A stretch of 64,000 nt of DNA from Tubiluchus corallicola (Eukaryota; Animalia; Priapulida). Location: positions 169,075 to 233,074 of the forward strand of contig JAQGDQ010000367.1 in NCBI GenBank assembly GCA_030141605.1, given 5' to 3'. The notes beneath the pieces are model-generated. The model was given only the letters and a program-made list of their open reading frames with translations. It searched no databases and was not told the DNA's origin. Position numbers and translations under genes: made by a program. Below, piece after piece: positions 1 to 12,720 of this stretch (positions within the stretch are counted from its first letter, which is position 1; the number at the start of each line of letters is the position of its first letter).

Positions 1-982
1 TCATAAAAGTAGAAGAATCTTTTCGTATGTTAAAATCATCAAGATTTCCCCATGCCTCCTACAGAGCTTGTTTTGGTTCGTAACCCATTTCTCGTTAGAT
101 GAAACTCGGTCTTTTAGTACTGCGTTCACCCATAAAACAACTGTTTATTACCAACGCACCACATGAATTGGTTGCTTATGTCTTCTCCGCGTAATCCTAA
201 AGCAAAAACTATTAATCTTACTCCTCTTTAGGTCTCTCTGACAGTGCAAATTTCCCAAGCGCAGTAAAAATTGGCGACTGCAGCCGACAGGAGATGAATT
301 TTGCTATAAATCAATTGAAAGACTGAGATGATTTGTATTTTCTTCCTCTTATCACAAAATAAAGAGACGTACCAGATCTGTGAAAAGTAGTGAACATATC
401 GAGTGTATAATGTGGATATTTTCTGCAGGCCCTGAATGTTACTGATTGCAATCAATCAATCAACGAATTTATTTAACTATTTAATACTTTACAATTGAAA
501 ATATAACATCAATCAAATGTAAAATCAATATAAAATCATCAAGCATTACGAATGTTCGTATAATTCTTCTGCATACTGGAATTTGAATGTAAAGAGGAGA
601 ATGGCTTTCTCCTTACATCTTTCAGTCTCCTACCATCTAACTACTTAAAGTATGACACATACTTGAATCTTTATCAAAATAATATTATCTATAGTCTGCA
701 ATATAGACTATGAAAATATTCTGCACACAAAGAAAGAAAACAATGATATTATAAAAATACGATAGTTTAGCACCTTTAACCACATATTGGTAATCATTTA
801 CTCATCCGGGATTTAAAATGGGACAAGCTTTGACACTCTTTGACAATGAACTACACACCACTCTACATGCAAAATCATTGTCCAAAACGTTTGAATAAAA
901 ATGATATAAATTCAGCAATTTCGTTTACAGAAAAATACAAACAATAAGTTAACTGCTATGCAAGAAGAGGAGCAGAGTGATC

Positions 983-1055
983 ACACCGGTGCTTAGCGAC
1001 CATAGTTAAGCAACGATGATCTGGTTAGTCAGTGGTTAGGTGGTCGTCAAGAGAC
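983..1055 (+). mobile_element. Degenerate 5S rRNA-derived sequence (5S pseudogene fragment or SINE3-type head)
   Basis: acaccggtgct...agttaagcaacgatgatctggttagtcagtggttaggtggtc resembles the box A / intermediate element / box C region of metazoan 5S rRNA as recalled; 5S termini absent. Confidence 0.5.
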
Positions 1056-3866
1056 TTAGATTGTTTGATCTGTTCTACTGCCTCCTGCTAGTTCTTGCAA
1101 TTCAGGATGAATATTCCATCCGCTAAAGCGCTTCTGCGTTATTTAGGAGCTTAAAGTAATGAGAGTGATCTGTGTTCAGGTCTCCCACAACAAAAAACAT
1201 AAGTATGCTCTGCCAGCGAGCGGTGCAGTATACTTAAACAGCCTGATCGCATAAAAAATGCTGTTTCAAACATTTATTCAAACAAAAATTCAGCAGTATA
1301 ACAAAGAAACGTACAATGGTGATTCTACACTTCTGGATCAAAACCATTGTCAGTTGCACCAAAATGATCTTTTACCACATTTGTACTACCTATGTGCCGA
1401 GTTTGACTCGGTTGGTCTCAATGGCCTTAGATAATAGTCAACATCCTATATACCCTGCCGATCTTGTATGTCAATATAATTGACATAGATGTCAAGGCAT
1501 AGAGTGTCAAAGCGAGTTTCCCTCCGCAAAGCTGCTCCCCAGTTCCATATCCCATGCCCCATCTTTGACTGTTTTGACTATCCGTTTCTTGAAAGTACAA
1601 TTGCATGGAAAACGTAGGCGAATACACGCACAGAAGTTGCCTCTGCAAATCCCCACCACCACTTCGTTTGAGTGAGGATAAAAACAAACTGACACATGCT
1701 ACCCTGAACAACATAATCGAAACCTACGACTTTCCTTACTGTTTTTTTGCAGAGAAAGTTTTGCACCAATATCTGCGTCCTTATTAACTTACCCTCTTTT
1801 AAGGTCTCTTGGGGGAGCCAATGATCGTTGTGCTTCTATTCTCCGAATGCAAACACGGAGATTGAAATTGGTAACAGGTGCATGACAAAAGCAATGATGA
1901 ATCTACAATATAAAGAGCGAACGAAAGGCGTTATCGATTTTTTGTAAAGCACTTTTTATATGTCTCATCGCCGGCTGGAAGAAATCCATTTGAATTTGCA
2001 GTGAATATGCAAACTATACATGTATATGTTGCACAATCTCACAGGCACGAAAAATAACATCCTTGATTATTATATTAATATTCTTGATTAAATAAATTCT
2101 GTCGTATGCTATTATTAGTAACCTGAAACCGTATATGACTGTCTGAATAAGTTTTTCTTTGAAGCAAACCATGTATAAACAGACGATGCAAAGGTCACAA
2201 TACTGCAAGGTCGGCCAAATGCGCATTTCAGTTTATTTCCTGATACTGGTGTAGTTGACAAGTTTTCATCTCAGTTCTGTCTCCAGAGTTTCTACAAGAT
2301 ACCAAAAGCTTAACATTCCGAAGGGAGACAATACTTAACTTGTATTGTCCTGTACTTAACTTAATTTCAACCTTTGCATGTAAACCGACACAGTATTAAC
2401 AATCTGCTGCTTATGTGAAACCAAAAGAATTCTCAAATGGCTTCTCAAAAAGTTAATTTTCATAGCTGCATTTGTTTGAGCTCGAGTTTCACTCGCCACC
2501 TTTATTTAGTTGTTTTTTTCATTTCCCTTTCATTCTTTCCCAAACCTAACCCGCCCCCTCTCTCTCTCCCTTTCCCTCCTCTTTATTTTTCTATTCGTTT
2601 CTGCACCTCCCTCTTTTCGTTTCCATCCCTCCCTCTTTGTTTGCCTCTATCTGTCATTGTCCTTGTCTAATACCACTTCCTTGTACATTGGTATTGAGGA
2701 GCAAATTGCTTGCAAACAGGAAAATTGTTGTCTAAATTTCCAGCTCTTCGTCAATAGACTGGGCTTCTTGAATGTACCCTGCTCACGTCCCACATAATTA
2801 CAGATTCGTTGCAGTCTTTATATAGTATAATGTTTGTTCAGGAAAGTCGTTGATGTCTGCTATTGCTATGAAGCCGCTTTTAATGCAATCTGTGCCTGAA
2901 TCCGCCCAATCAAACGCTTGAATAGGAAGCCCTGTAATGTTATAGATCAGGCTTATATAGAGTCGTCAATGAACGCACCATGTGGGTTTGTCACAATCAC
3001 AATGTTGATACAGATCATACTGCACCTGTCATCTAGTATTGGTATAAACCGTTATTAGTGAATTGCAACCATTATGAAATGTCAAAGGAAGGTTAATAAT
3101 TTAAGGCAGTTTATACAGTGAGCATGTGCATACGTTAGTTTTCCTGCATATCCTTTTCTCTCTTATAAGCTTAATATTATGCTCCCATGTTACTGTTAAC
3201 TGTATTCAGCAGCAGTTTGCTAAATTTTGATGTGGCTTCTACTGCCTTGTGTTAAAGTTCTACCAATAATATAATTTTGCTAATTATACGTCAGTTAATA
3301 TTGATAGGCTAGACATTAGTGTCAATGTTACTACTTATGATAATACCTTAGTGTTAGTAAACCTTTTCACAGTTCCAGTGATTGACGATGATCGTGAAAA
3401 GGTCAGAGGTTAAGTGTGCCAGACAGCGCATTTGTGTACATTTGCCAACGCCTCGCAGCCCATGCTATTGTAATAGTAACAATTTTTAAAACAGCTAGCT
3501 AGAACCTTATCTAGTTCATTTTTTCTTGTTCCCAAGCAAGATCATCCTAGTAAATCACTCTACGCATGACTAATGCATAATTAAGTAAAGTCTACGTAAA
3601 ACAACTGAAGTTAATGAACTAATGCGGCAGACATCTTTGCTTTACCCACATGTCACGTGGCGGTTGCGTAGTTAAGACGGGTTGCTGTGGTACACTTAAT
3701 CTTCGACCAACAGCAACTTCGCGTGAGCATAGCAAAACTGTGAAAAGGCTTAGTGTAGTCGTGAGAAAAGCTTATTTCAATGATGAAATACGCATTGTTG
3801 CGATAATTTCATTCTTGCGATGTCTACCCAACAAAACGAAACCACTAGTAGTATTGGTTTATTATT

Positions 3867-4428
3867 CATGTAGTTCCGAAGAACTGTAGAACGCATGGTT
3901 TGCAATACAAATGTACCACATTCACAAACAGAATATTGTATTAGCACTTGTAGTTCCGAAGAACTTTAGAATGCATGGTTTGCAATACAAATGTACGACA
4001 TTAACAAACAGAACATTGTATTAGCACATGTAGTTCCGAAGAACTTTAGAACGCATGGTTTGCAATACAAATGTACGACATTAACAAACAGAACATTGTA
4101 TTAGCACATGTAGTTCCGAAGAACTTTAGAATGCATGGTTTGCAATACAAATGTCCGACATTAACAAACAGAACATTGTATTAGCACATGTAGTTCCGAA
4201 GAACTTTAGAATGCATGGTTTGCAATACAAATATACGACATTAACAAACAGAACATTGTATTAGCATATGTAGTTCCGAAGAACTTTAGAATGCATGGTT
4301 TGCAATACAATTGTACGACATTAACAAACAGAACATTGTATTAGCACATGTAGTTCCGAAGAACTTTAGAATGCATGGTTTGCAATACAAATGTACGACA
4401 TTAACAAACAGAACATTGTATTAGCACA
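3867..4428. repeat. 80-bp minisatellite, ~7 near-identical copies
   Basis: tagttccgaa recurs at 3871, 3951, 4031, 4111, 4191, 4271, 4351. Confidence 0.97.
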
Positions 4429-5249
4429 ATATATGTGCTAATAATAATGCCAACAGTAAGCAATACTAAGATATAACAGAGATCAAATAATTGTATTGAC
4501 GCCATAATAATCAACTTTTTATTAAAAATATAATGGCCAAAGTTAAATTCATAAGATAGTCTGTCTACATGATCATAGGCATCATAATGTTTCTCATTGC
4601 ACAGGCGTCTGCGTATTGCGTCAATCAAAGATGATCTCATTCTAGCTTAATCATTCACACAGTGTGAAACTTGGCAAATTGCAACCTTTGTGTTTTTCTT
4701 CCGCAAAGCTTCTGGGGGATGCGGACGCTGGTCTTATGCGCTTATGTTAATTAGATTCACATATATATGAACATTAGGCTAAATAACAATGAACCATCGA
4801 CCAATGAGTGCCTTTCTTACACACAACAGAAAGTAAATATTCACTTGGTGTCAGTAAGTGCATATAACTATTGAAAAATGCAAATGTTGTTTATTTTCGT
4901 AATTTTGTTCAATGGTTGTAAACCTTGTCGAAAAAAGTCCTTGTTGATTCTAGAGAAGTCACATCGTAGGCGTTCTTGTAAAAGCCATTTTCTTCACTTT
5001 AGCACCGCCCTTTCTCAATAGCTTTGCATCACAACAATTCTCAAGTTGAAGTGGTTTCATTTCTTTGCCCAATTGCGAAGGGTCGATGAATTTCATATTT
5101 AGAATGGCTTCTTGTTGGCGCAGAGATCGATGGCTTCTTGGTATTGAGAAATAAAGTGTGAAAAATGTTAAGTGCGATTTTCTCTTTGCACTTGTGAACA
5201 GATGAACCTTGTCGGTTTTGCGAACTTTTATCGCGTAGTCTAAAAAATA

Positions 5250-5650
5250 GCCACTGCTGTGGAAACAACATTTATTAATAGCACAAAAAATAATACAAAA
5301 ATATAATCTGAAATGCGTTTCGTCATCAATATAACATCTTCAGTGAATGATTCAAAATGAGAATGTGTAATTCTAATTGACAAACCTAAAGTTGTGTAAC
5401 AATATAAGCAAATTGAGGTCAACTGAAATTCACCCGAGAGCTTTCTAAGTTTAGCTTGGTTTGTCTGTTTACACGTATTTGTTTATATTGTTACATCATT
5501 TGAAATTGTTATCACTGCATTGGGCTGCTTAATTAGAATTACGCATTCTCGTTTTGAATCATTCACTCAAGATGTCAGGTTTATGATGAAATAAGTTTGA
5601 AATGATGCGTTTGTGTTTTTTTGTTAATAAACATTTTGGCTCATAACTAC
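5250..5650. mobile_element. Imperfect foldback; probable inverted pair of Penelope-like pseudo-LTRs with decayed minimal hammerhead ribozymes
   Basis: 5301-5415 is the reverse complement of ~5477-5610; each arm carries a CTGAAGA...GAAAC-like core followed by AATAAA; 5438-5550 is similar to 59758-59868, downstream of a GIY-YIG remnant. Confidence 0.65.
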
Positions 5651-7859
5651 AACTGATATTGCCAGTGCCACTGCTGCTGCTGATGATGTTGTTACTGCTG
5701 ATGCTTCTGCTGTTGGGTTTCACTGGATATTAAAGTCATCCGGCAAAGGCAGACAAAATCCCATAGAGTCCACACCAATGAATATTAAGCTCGTCCGGAT
5801 CCCTTACTTCTGGCTGAATGTCCTGCCTAGTTGAAAGTCATTTGAAACCCCATCAATAGTTTCTTCGAAGATGTTGCTTTCAGTGCGCAATACTAAGTTT
5901 TGAGTGAAGCATGCTTCTTCGTTGTGACGCCAGAAATTTGGCCTGCAGTCATGAATGACACAACTAAGGTAAATGACATCCTCGCGTCATCCTCAAGCAC
6001 CACAAGAAGTCCAAACATAATCTGTTAATTGCAGGGGAGGGCTTGAGCTCAGATTCTCGCAATTCTTCTGTCAAGTAAATGTAGCACAGTGGGACTTGTC
6101 ATAGAGATAAACTCTTGACACTCATAATCTCAAGGTGTCTCGTGCAGACAGCAATAATGGAGAACCGCAGAATACGTAATAGCAGTATAAACGTGCTATT
6201 ATCTATCCAGTGATGAAACAAGCTATTAACTGTATACAACACTGATACAACCATTTTTTCTTATGTATAATTAAATGCGTTAGTAGCACTAGCCGGAATT
6301 ATATTCATTTACATTCGGTTACACCAACGCTGGTCACTGGTTAGCAGTAGCCTTAGCATTTTGAAAGTAGTAGTTCTCTCGGATTAATTAAGCATTGAAG
6401 GTTAGTTGCAGTTTTTTTAAACTCGGTGGGAAACTGAAACACTGCATCTCATTTAGGAGAACCTGTTTACAAGAACAATCAAATTACTGACACTAATTAC
6501 ACGCACAAACAAACTTTTTTTTAAACGAAGAACTCTGCATTATTTTAATTTAATGATGTTGTAGAAAATAAGAAACATCATGGTTTCACGAAGAACAAAA
6601 TTTACAACAAGAAAAAGTCAAATTAACGAAGACAAGTAAAATTCTGGAAGCCATTGAGAGATACTATATTAAATGATGTTCGGGCTTCACTTTAAGTACC
6701 TGAAAAGTTGGACGAACAGGTTTTAAACTTCCAACTATGCAAAACTGTCAAATCACATTATGCCACTTCGTATCTGAAAAGCATAGAATTATCTTTAACG
6801 ACAGTAGGCAACGATGCGAGACGTTAGCGCGTTAGTGTATTTCTCGATCATTACTTCGATCCAAAATTGGTATTAATGTTTTCGCTTTCATTAACCAAAA
6901 TTCATAGTAGTACGCGAACGTCCCACGTAGTGTCTGGAAATGATGAATCCGCTAGATTTAAAACTTACCACAAGCGGATAGATGTGTTCCATTTAAGTGG
7001 TGTGTTTTACTGTAATTCTTCTAATCGTATAAATAGATTGTGATACAATTTACATTTAGCGTACTAATGACCATCAGAACTGCAAATGGAGGCATTATAA
7101 GATATTCAACTAAGTTTCAACTATCTCAAATTAAATTATGTTTCTCGCGGTTTGCAGGTTCTTAACTATCCCTTTTAGTTTCTTCCCTAAAAGGGGCCAT
7201 CAGTTCCTGACACCCGTTAGTTTCTCAAGAAAACTGAGTAAGCTGAGTAAGCTGTATAATGTCTCCAGTTGTCCAACTGGATGACGGCTACATCTTCGTG
7301 ATTTGTCGCATCACTTGTCGATGAAGATGGTTTACTTTGCTTAGGGGAAATACAAATCCATCTAAAATAATTGCCGCGTATCCGATATCCGTCCTGCTGA
7401 GAATTAAGTCAACACGTGATTATTGTCTTCCGTCTCCGCTTGCCCGTCATCGTGTCGTGAAGCCTTACTCCGAGAAAAGAGGGGGCAAGACGGCTGCAGA
7501 TTGACAAATGAAGTGAAATCACTTGTGAAATTGTTGGCTAGCTCGTTTATAAGGTACCATGCAAAGATTAATCAGACTTAGCAGCAGCAGCTCTTAATGA
7601 TAAGCTTTGCAAAGTCAATGACAACAAAGTCAAGGTGACAAAAACCTCGTTATAAGTAGATGTTAAAACGTAATCGTTTTCTTTTTCTCTTCTTTTTTTC
7701 GTTTTCTTTTTTATTAGATATACGACCTGTAATCTATTATGAAGCGGTTTCGAGCAGTTAATTCTGCAATATTGTTAATTCCCAAACTCCACACTAAAAT
7801 CATAGAAAGAATTTGCTTAGCTAACAAAAGAGATTACATGAACTTTGTGCTACTGCAAC

Positions 7860-8045
7860 GGCGATCAGTGATAAAGTCACAGGAAAAAGTCACAATTTTG
7901 GCTAGGAAAAGGTCACAGCAAAAAGTCACAATTAATAATGGCAAAGGTTAGGGGTTAGTGTAGGGTTATGTTTGGGTTAGAGTTAGGGTTATATTTCCTG
8001 TGATTCTTTTGTTATTTTTTTACCTGCGAATTTTTTTTGCCTAGA
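7860..8045 (+). mobile_element. Non-autonomous foldback-type element, AAAAGTCAC arrays around a TTAGGG-like core (copy 1)
   Basis: Same architecture and start (gg[c/t]gatc[a/g]gt[g/a]ataaa) as 46924-47112. Confidence 0.6.
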
Positions 8046-8455
8046 CTTGCCTGATGCAGCTACCTTTGCCAGCATCACTGTTACTACCATCGCTATTGCT
8101 ATTGTTTCAAAAATCTACTAGTTTTGTCAAGATTCGGTCGTTAACTGCCCATCGCGTCCGACGAAGGCTCCATCCGTCACTCGCGTCCAACTGCCTAGAA
8201 ACGATAGTTCGTCAATTTCGATAGTGATGTCAAGAATAACGGAGCTTACAAAAAACATCTCATAAAATAGTCCCGATACAAGTTTGTTTTTTCATCTTGA
8301 GACTAAGAAGTCGTGGTATCTTCATGCGCAGATTAAAATGTTCTATGCAAAAATGAGAAAAAATTATGCTGAAAATTGTACAGTTATATTTCATATATTA
8401 TTATATTATATACTCTACTATAACATATATAACATACTTATAATACTATAATATA

Positions 8456-8464
8456 CTTATATTA

Positions 8465-8551
<87 letters not shown>
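8456..8551. repeat. (ATT)n microsatellite
   Basis: Visible pure repeat. Confidence 0.98.
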
Positions 8552-8552
<1 letters not shown>

Positions 8553-11389
8553 CTCACCCGCGTAAGCACTAACATTTTCTTGAGGGCAGGTGCCCAAAAT
8601 ATTTACAAATTTTTTTAACCTATTTTGGCGTCAATAGAACATTTGCTTTTTATTACTTTTTTGATATTGGGATCGCTTTTCCTCGTCATTTGCACATTTT
8701 TTTTTACTTTTGGATAAAAATTTCAAAATCTTCATAGTAAAAGAAACAGTCTGTCAAGTTTCACAAGACTTGTGTATTCTACTTTAGAATCGATGAAAAA
8801 TTGCCTTAGAAACTGCAATCTAAATTTTCTTTTTCACTCAATGGGAAATTCCAGTCGTGAGCTGAATACAAGCTAAACCTTAGTTTATCTTCTGATCAAA
8901 AAAGCTTAAAAGAAGACATTGAAGTTGTAGTAGATAGTCCAAAGAAAGTATACGTGTCACGTGCATTGCCTTCCTGAAAAACTAAAAACCGTTTTCCTTA
9001 TATTCCCGGCTTCCAGATTCTCAGCAAGTATTTTATTTCTCTGTCTATCGTTTCTGTTACCCGCCTTTTTAAAGAGATTTGCATTCACAGGGATCAGAAG
9101 CAGGCTTAGCACAATGGAGTCTTTTTTTCTAATCAACTGAAATACAATTCCTAGTTTTTTTCTGCTAATGAGCCAGATGAACACAACCAAATCAATGAAT
9201 CACATTCAAAGAAGATCATAATTATTTTCTCAGCGTATCATTTCTTGCCAATCAATAGTTACAGTAGTTATACACGCATATTGCAAAACAAACGAATACA
9301 TTTCAATGAATAGTCATTAGGCTTATTTCTCTCTGCTATCAGCCTAGCGTTCCTGCTTTATGAGAGAACAGACGTACGTTAACCATCTTGTCCTCTAAAT
9401 CACTTTTTCATTGTCCCATCTACAGGCTTAATATGGCTTCTTACTTTTCATTTTAAAGGAAATTCTAATCACTGCTTCCCACTGCACAGTTAGCTGGCGC
9501 TTGCTGCATAGCTGTCAATTACCCTGTTGTCTACCTGTATGCCATTTTCTTGCCGCTCATGTGTCCATATGTCTGCTTCTTTGCCTTCTTTGTTGAGTGG
9601 CTGCAAACCTGCCTGCCAACCAGCCTGCCTACTTGTCTGCCTATGCATTTCAAGACACGTTAAGTTCACCAAGTTGACGGATCACAAACTGTTTTTTTTT
9701 GGAGTGAAACCGGGGGAGGGGGTTATGTACTGTAACCACCGAAAGCTAATGATTTCTTACTAAAATAAAAAAAGAACAGAGAAAGATTCGAACTTACAGT
9801 ACTCAAAACGTAAGATCACCTATAATATCGAGTACGTATTTCAACGCTCGTCAATAAGGACTTTTCACTTGATGTTTTCTTTGTAAACTGCGTACAATTA
9901 CTCATAACACGAAGTATTGAAATGCGGTAGTAATACATTTCATTACTTAAAGCAATTATGGTATACAATTTGCGAGAATCAATACGTAATTTGTACATCT
10001 GTCATTCAATTAAAGTATGCCTACCCTCAAGCCACTTCTCCAAACGTTTCCAAACCATGATAATGATAGGAAGACCATTTGTTCAAACAGGAAGACATGA
10101 GCTGCGAGTTTCTATTGATCTGAACCGTCAGCTGTTCGGCTTTTCGCAGTTTGACCGTTCAAAGTGTTCGGACGGAAATTAGCGAAACTGGAGATTTCGT
10201 CAAATTAGTGTCATGGGCACGAAACTGGCAGATTTACAGTAAGCAAATAACTTGTGAAGGGTTTGTGAAAAAGATGCAATCAGTAACTTATTGTTAGAAA
10301 TTTCTACTAAAAATAGCAAGAAATAAATTGCACATTTCTCCTCCGCATATTTGCACACAAGAAAGATTTCATTATTAGCTTACAAATTTCTAAATCTGGA
10401 TAAATCGAACTAGAGCAAAATGTCTATACAGGGCATTAATATTAGTAAAGCAAAACTGATTTGCATCAATACCAAATTCCTATTCAATTAGTAAAACAGT
10501 TTTGGCTTTCTTGTCAGCTTTTAGAAAGATGCTAAAATGCTGTATTAAAAATGTCTTTTATTTACCACTGTGTATTAGACAAAAACAAGAACAAAAATGT
10601 GCACTACTATTTAAAAAAAAATTATAGGGTGGGCCCACAGTTTTTCCTCTAAAAGTAAACGTTGAAGTGCTAAATTGGTAGGTGTAATATTAAGAAAAAC
10701 CAACAAAATGAAGGTAATCGCTTGTGGAATTAGCATAGGATTCGCGCAATGAATGCCATTCATAAAATTTATTGACTGTAAATTAAAACGAAAATCGAAT
10801 TCCCACCACAAGTCGGTCACTCGGCAATATTTAATTTAAAAAAGTAGGTAATAATACCGTTTATTAGCAGCAAAACATAAATAAGGAAAAAGTGCAAAAT
10901 TCCTTGTAATTTGAGCCCTCTAATTTTAGTGTGAATGCAGTCTGAGCCTGTGCATGCGCAATAAAAATTTCCTGTTCAATAGATGATTGATTATCTGGTC
11001 ACAGGGCCTTTAACTTGTACCATTCCTTGTCCCAATAGTTTCATTGTTCTTTCTGCAATGTTCTTAAAGCGCCAATAATAGGCTCGTCGGTGTATTCATT
11101 GCATTGTTTATTTTCCAAATCAATTCATTGTCTTCCAGAATAAGTCTTCGTAGACTAAGTATACGAGTCTTGCATTTTCATTAACATCATCTTCTCTGGC
11201 TTTCATATTTGTTGAGGTCTAATTGATTTTTCTGGCTGTACATCGAATATGATTAGGACGTTTCAATTAAATGGACATGTGGATATGTCTCGCGGGAAGT
11301 TATAACGTACAAAATGATGAACATAAACTGATACCCGAAACAAAATCTTGAGAAACTGTGACCAAAAGTATTTAGCTAATGGTTAAGAT

Positions 11390-12720
11390 GACATCAGTCG
11401 TGAAATTACGGCTGCATATACGTGAGTATATTAACCATAGTATGTGTAATACATACGGTATTTAATGTAACTTCAGCATTTCTTCATACACGATATTTTT
11501 TCTTTACACTTCTTTAACATTTACCAAGATTGTACACTGCCAAACACTAGAAGCAAAGCAACACTAAAACCTTATTTAATATGATATTTTCATAGATATT
11601 TAAGTGCAGCTACAAGAATGTGGTTGTGATTATTTATAATTGTGGAGAATAGTACAAGATGTTTGTGAAGCCCGCTATTAAATGACCTCATAAATCAGCC
11701 TGATCTTTTAATCAACAATTGACACAAGAAAAATACAGCAAAAGAATAAATCAGTGATAGGTAATGCTTAATGAAATGTGTTATGCCAAAGTTAAAGTGG
11801 TCAGAACTATTTTGAGATTTTTAAAGCTCCAGAACATCACATCGCTGTTATTTGACTTGCAATCCATAATAATTATAATAAATAAAATATTCTGTGAATA
11901 TCATTTTATAATATATATAAATACAGAACAGAATAGGGCTTAAAATGGTTCCTTGTGGGACGTTGTTAGTGCTCTTTCTCATTAGTGTGACAAGCAAGTT
12001 TCTGATGATTGAAATATCCTTGCAATGATCACTGAGTGGGGATATTTAAAGGCATTGTTAGCAACGCTAATTATTGAACAATACTGGTACGTGTAGTCTC
12101 GCTTATTGAGGTGAATACGATAGACCTACTACATTGGTATTTATAAGCCTACACTTTTCCATGACAGCGATTAGAGTCATTTTGTGATGAGAATAATTAA
12201 TTTAGTTGCAATTAATTTGCTATTAATAGGGCTAAAATCTACATAAATTCTGAATAATTGTTTTACATGAGCAAAATTTAAGATAAGCAAAACTAATGTA
12301 ATTTTATCAAGTAGTAAAAATTACATCATATAGATTCTTGCACTTCAAGTTACAGGTTTCAATGCAAAATGATTAACTATACAAGTAAAATACATATTGG
12401 AAGCCACATACGAAAACAAATTACTTATAAAACAATCGTGAAAATCAACACACAAAATAAAATTATCACTATTATTAAGATGCACTCAGTTATTAACCAA
12501 AATATGTGCATTGAGCTTGCATATCATTACTGGTCATTTGCACACAAACATAAAATAGCTTCTAAGATGCAGCAAATTTGATTTATGTCTTTATTATTAT
12601 ATTATTTATGTTTCATTTCAGCCAAAATAGCATTAGCCATATTACAATATTAAAAGAGACATTCTGTCGGTAGCACAACATTCTGTTTTGAGAGTTCAGC
12701 TGGCAATTCAGATGCTAAGA
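11390..12720 (-). mobile_element. Heavily decayed CR1/L2-type LINE remnant (boundaries approximate)
   Basis: Reverse strand near 11910-11965 reads NVPQGTILSPILFCIY, the GVPQGS-LGP-LF RT motif. Confidence 0.5.

Noticed and set aside
983-1055. Functional 5S rRNA gene
   Set aside because: Only the internal region is similar, with many changes; no 5S termini.
3867-4428. Regular repeats resembling a CRISPR array
   Set aside because: Head-to-tail identical units with no unique spacers, in a eukaryotic context; a minisatellite.
5641-6180. Higher-GC stretch as a possible receptor first exon
   Set aside because: No ORF of useful length or recognisable motif; probably decayed repeat.
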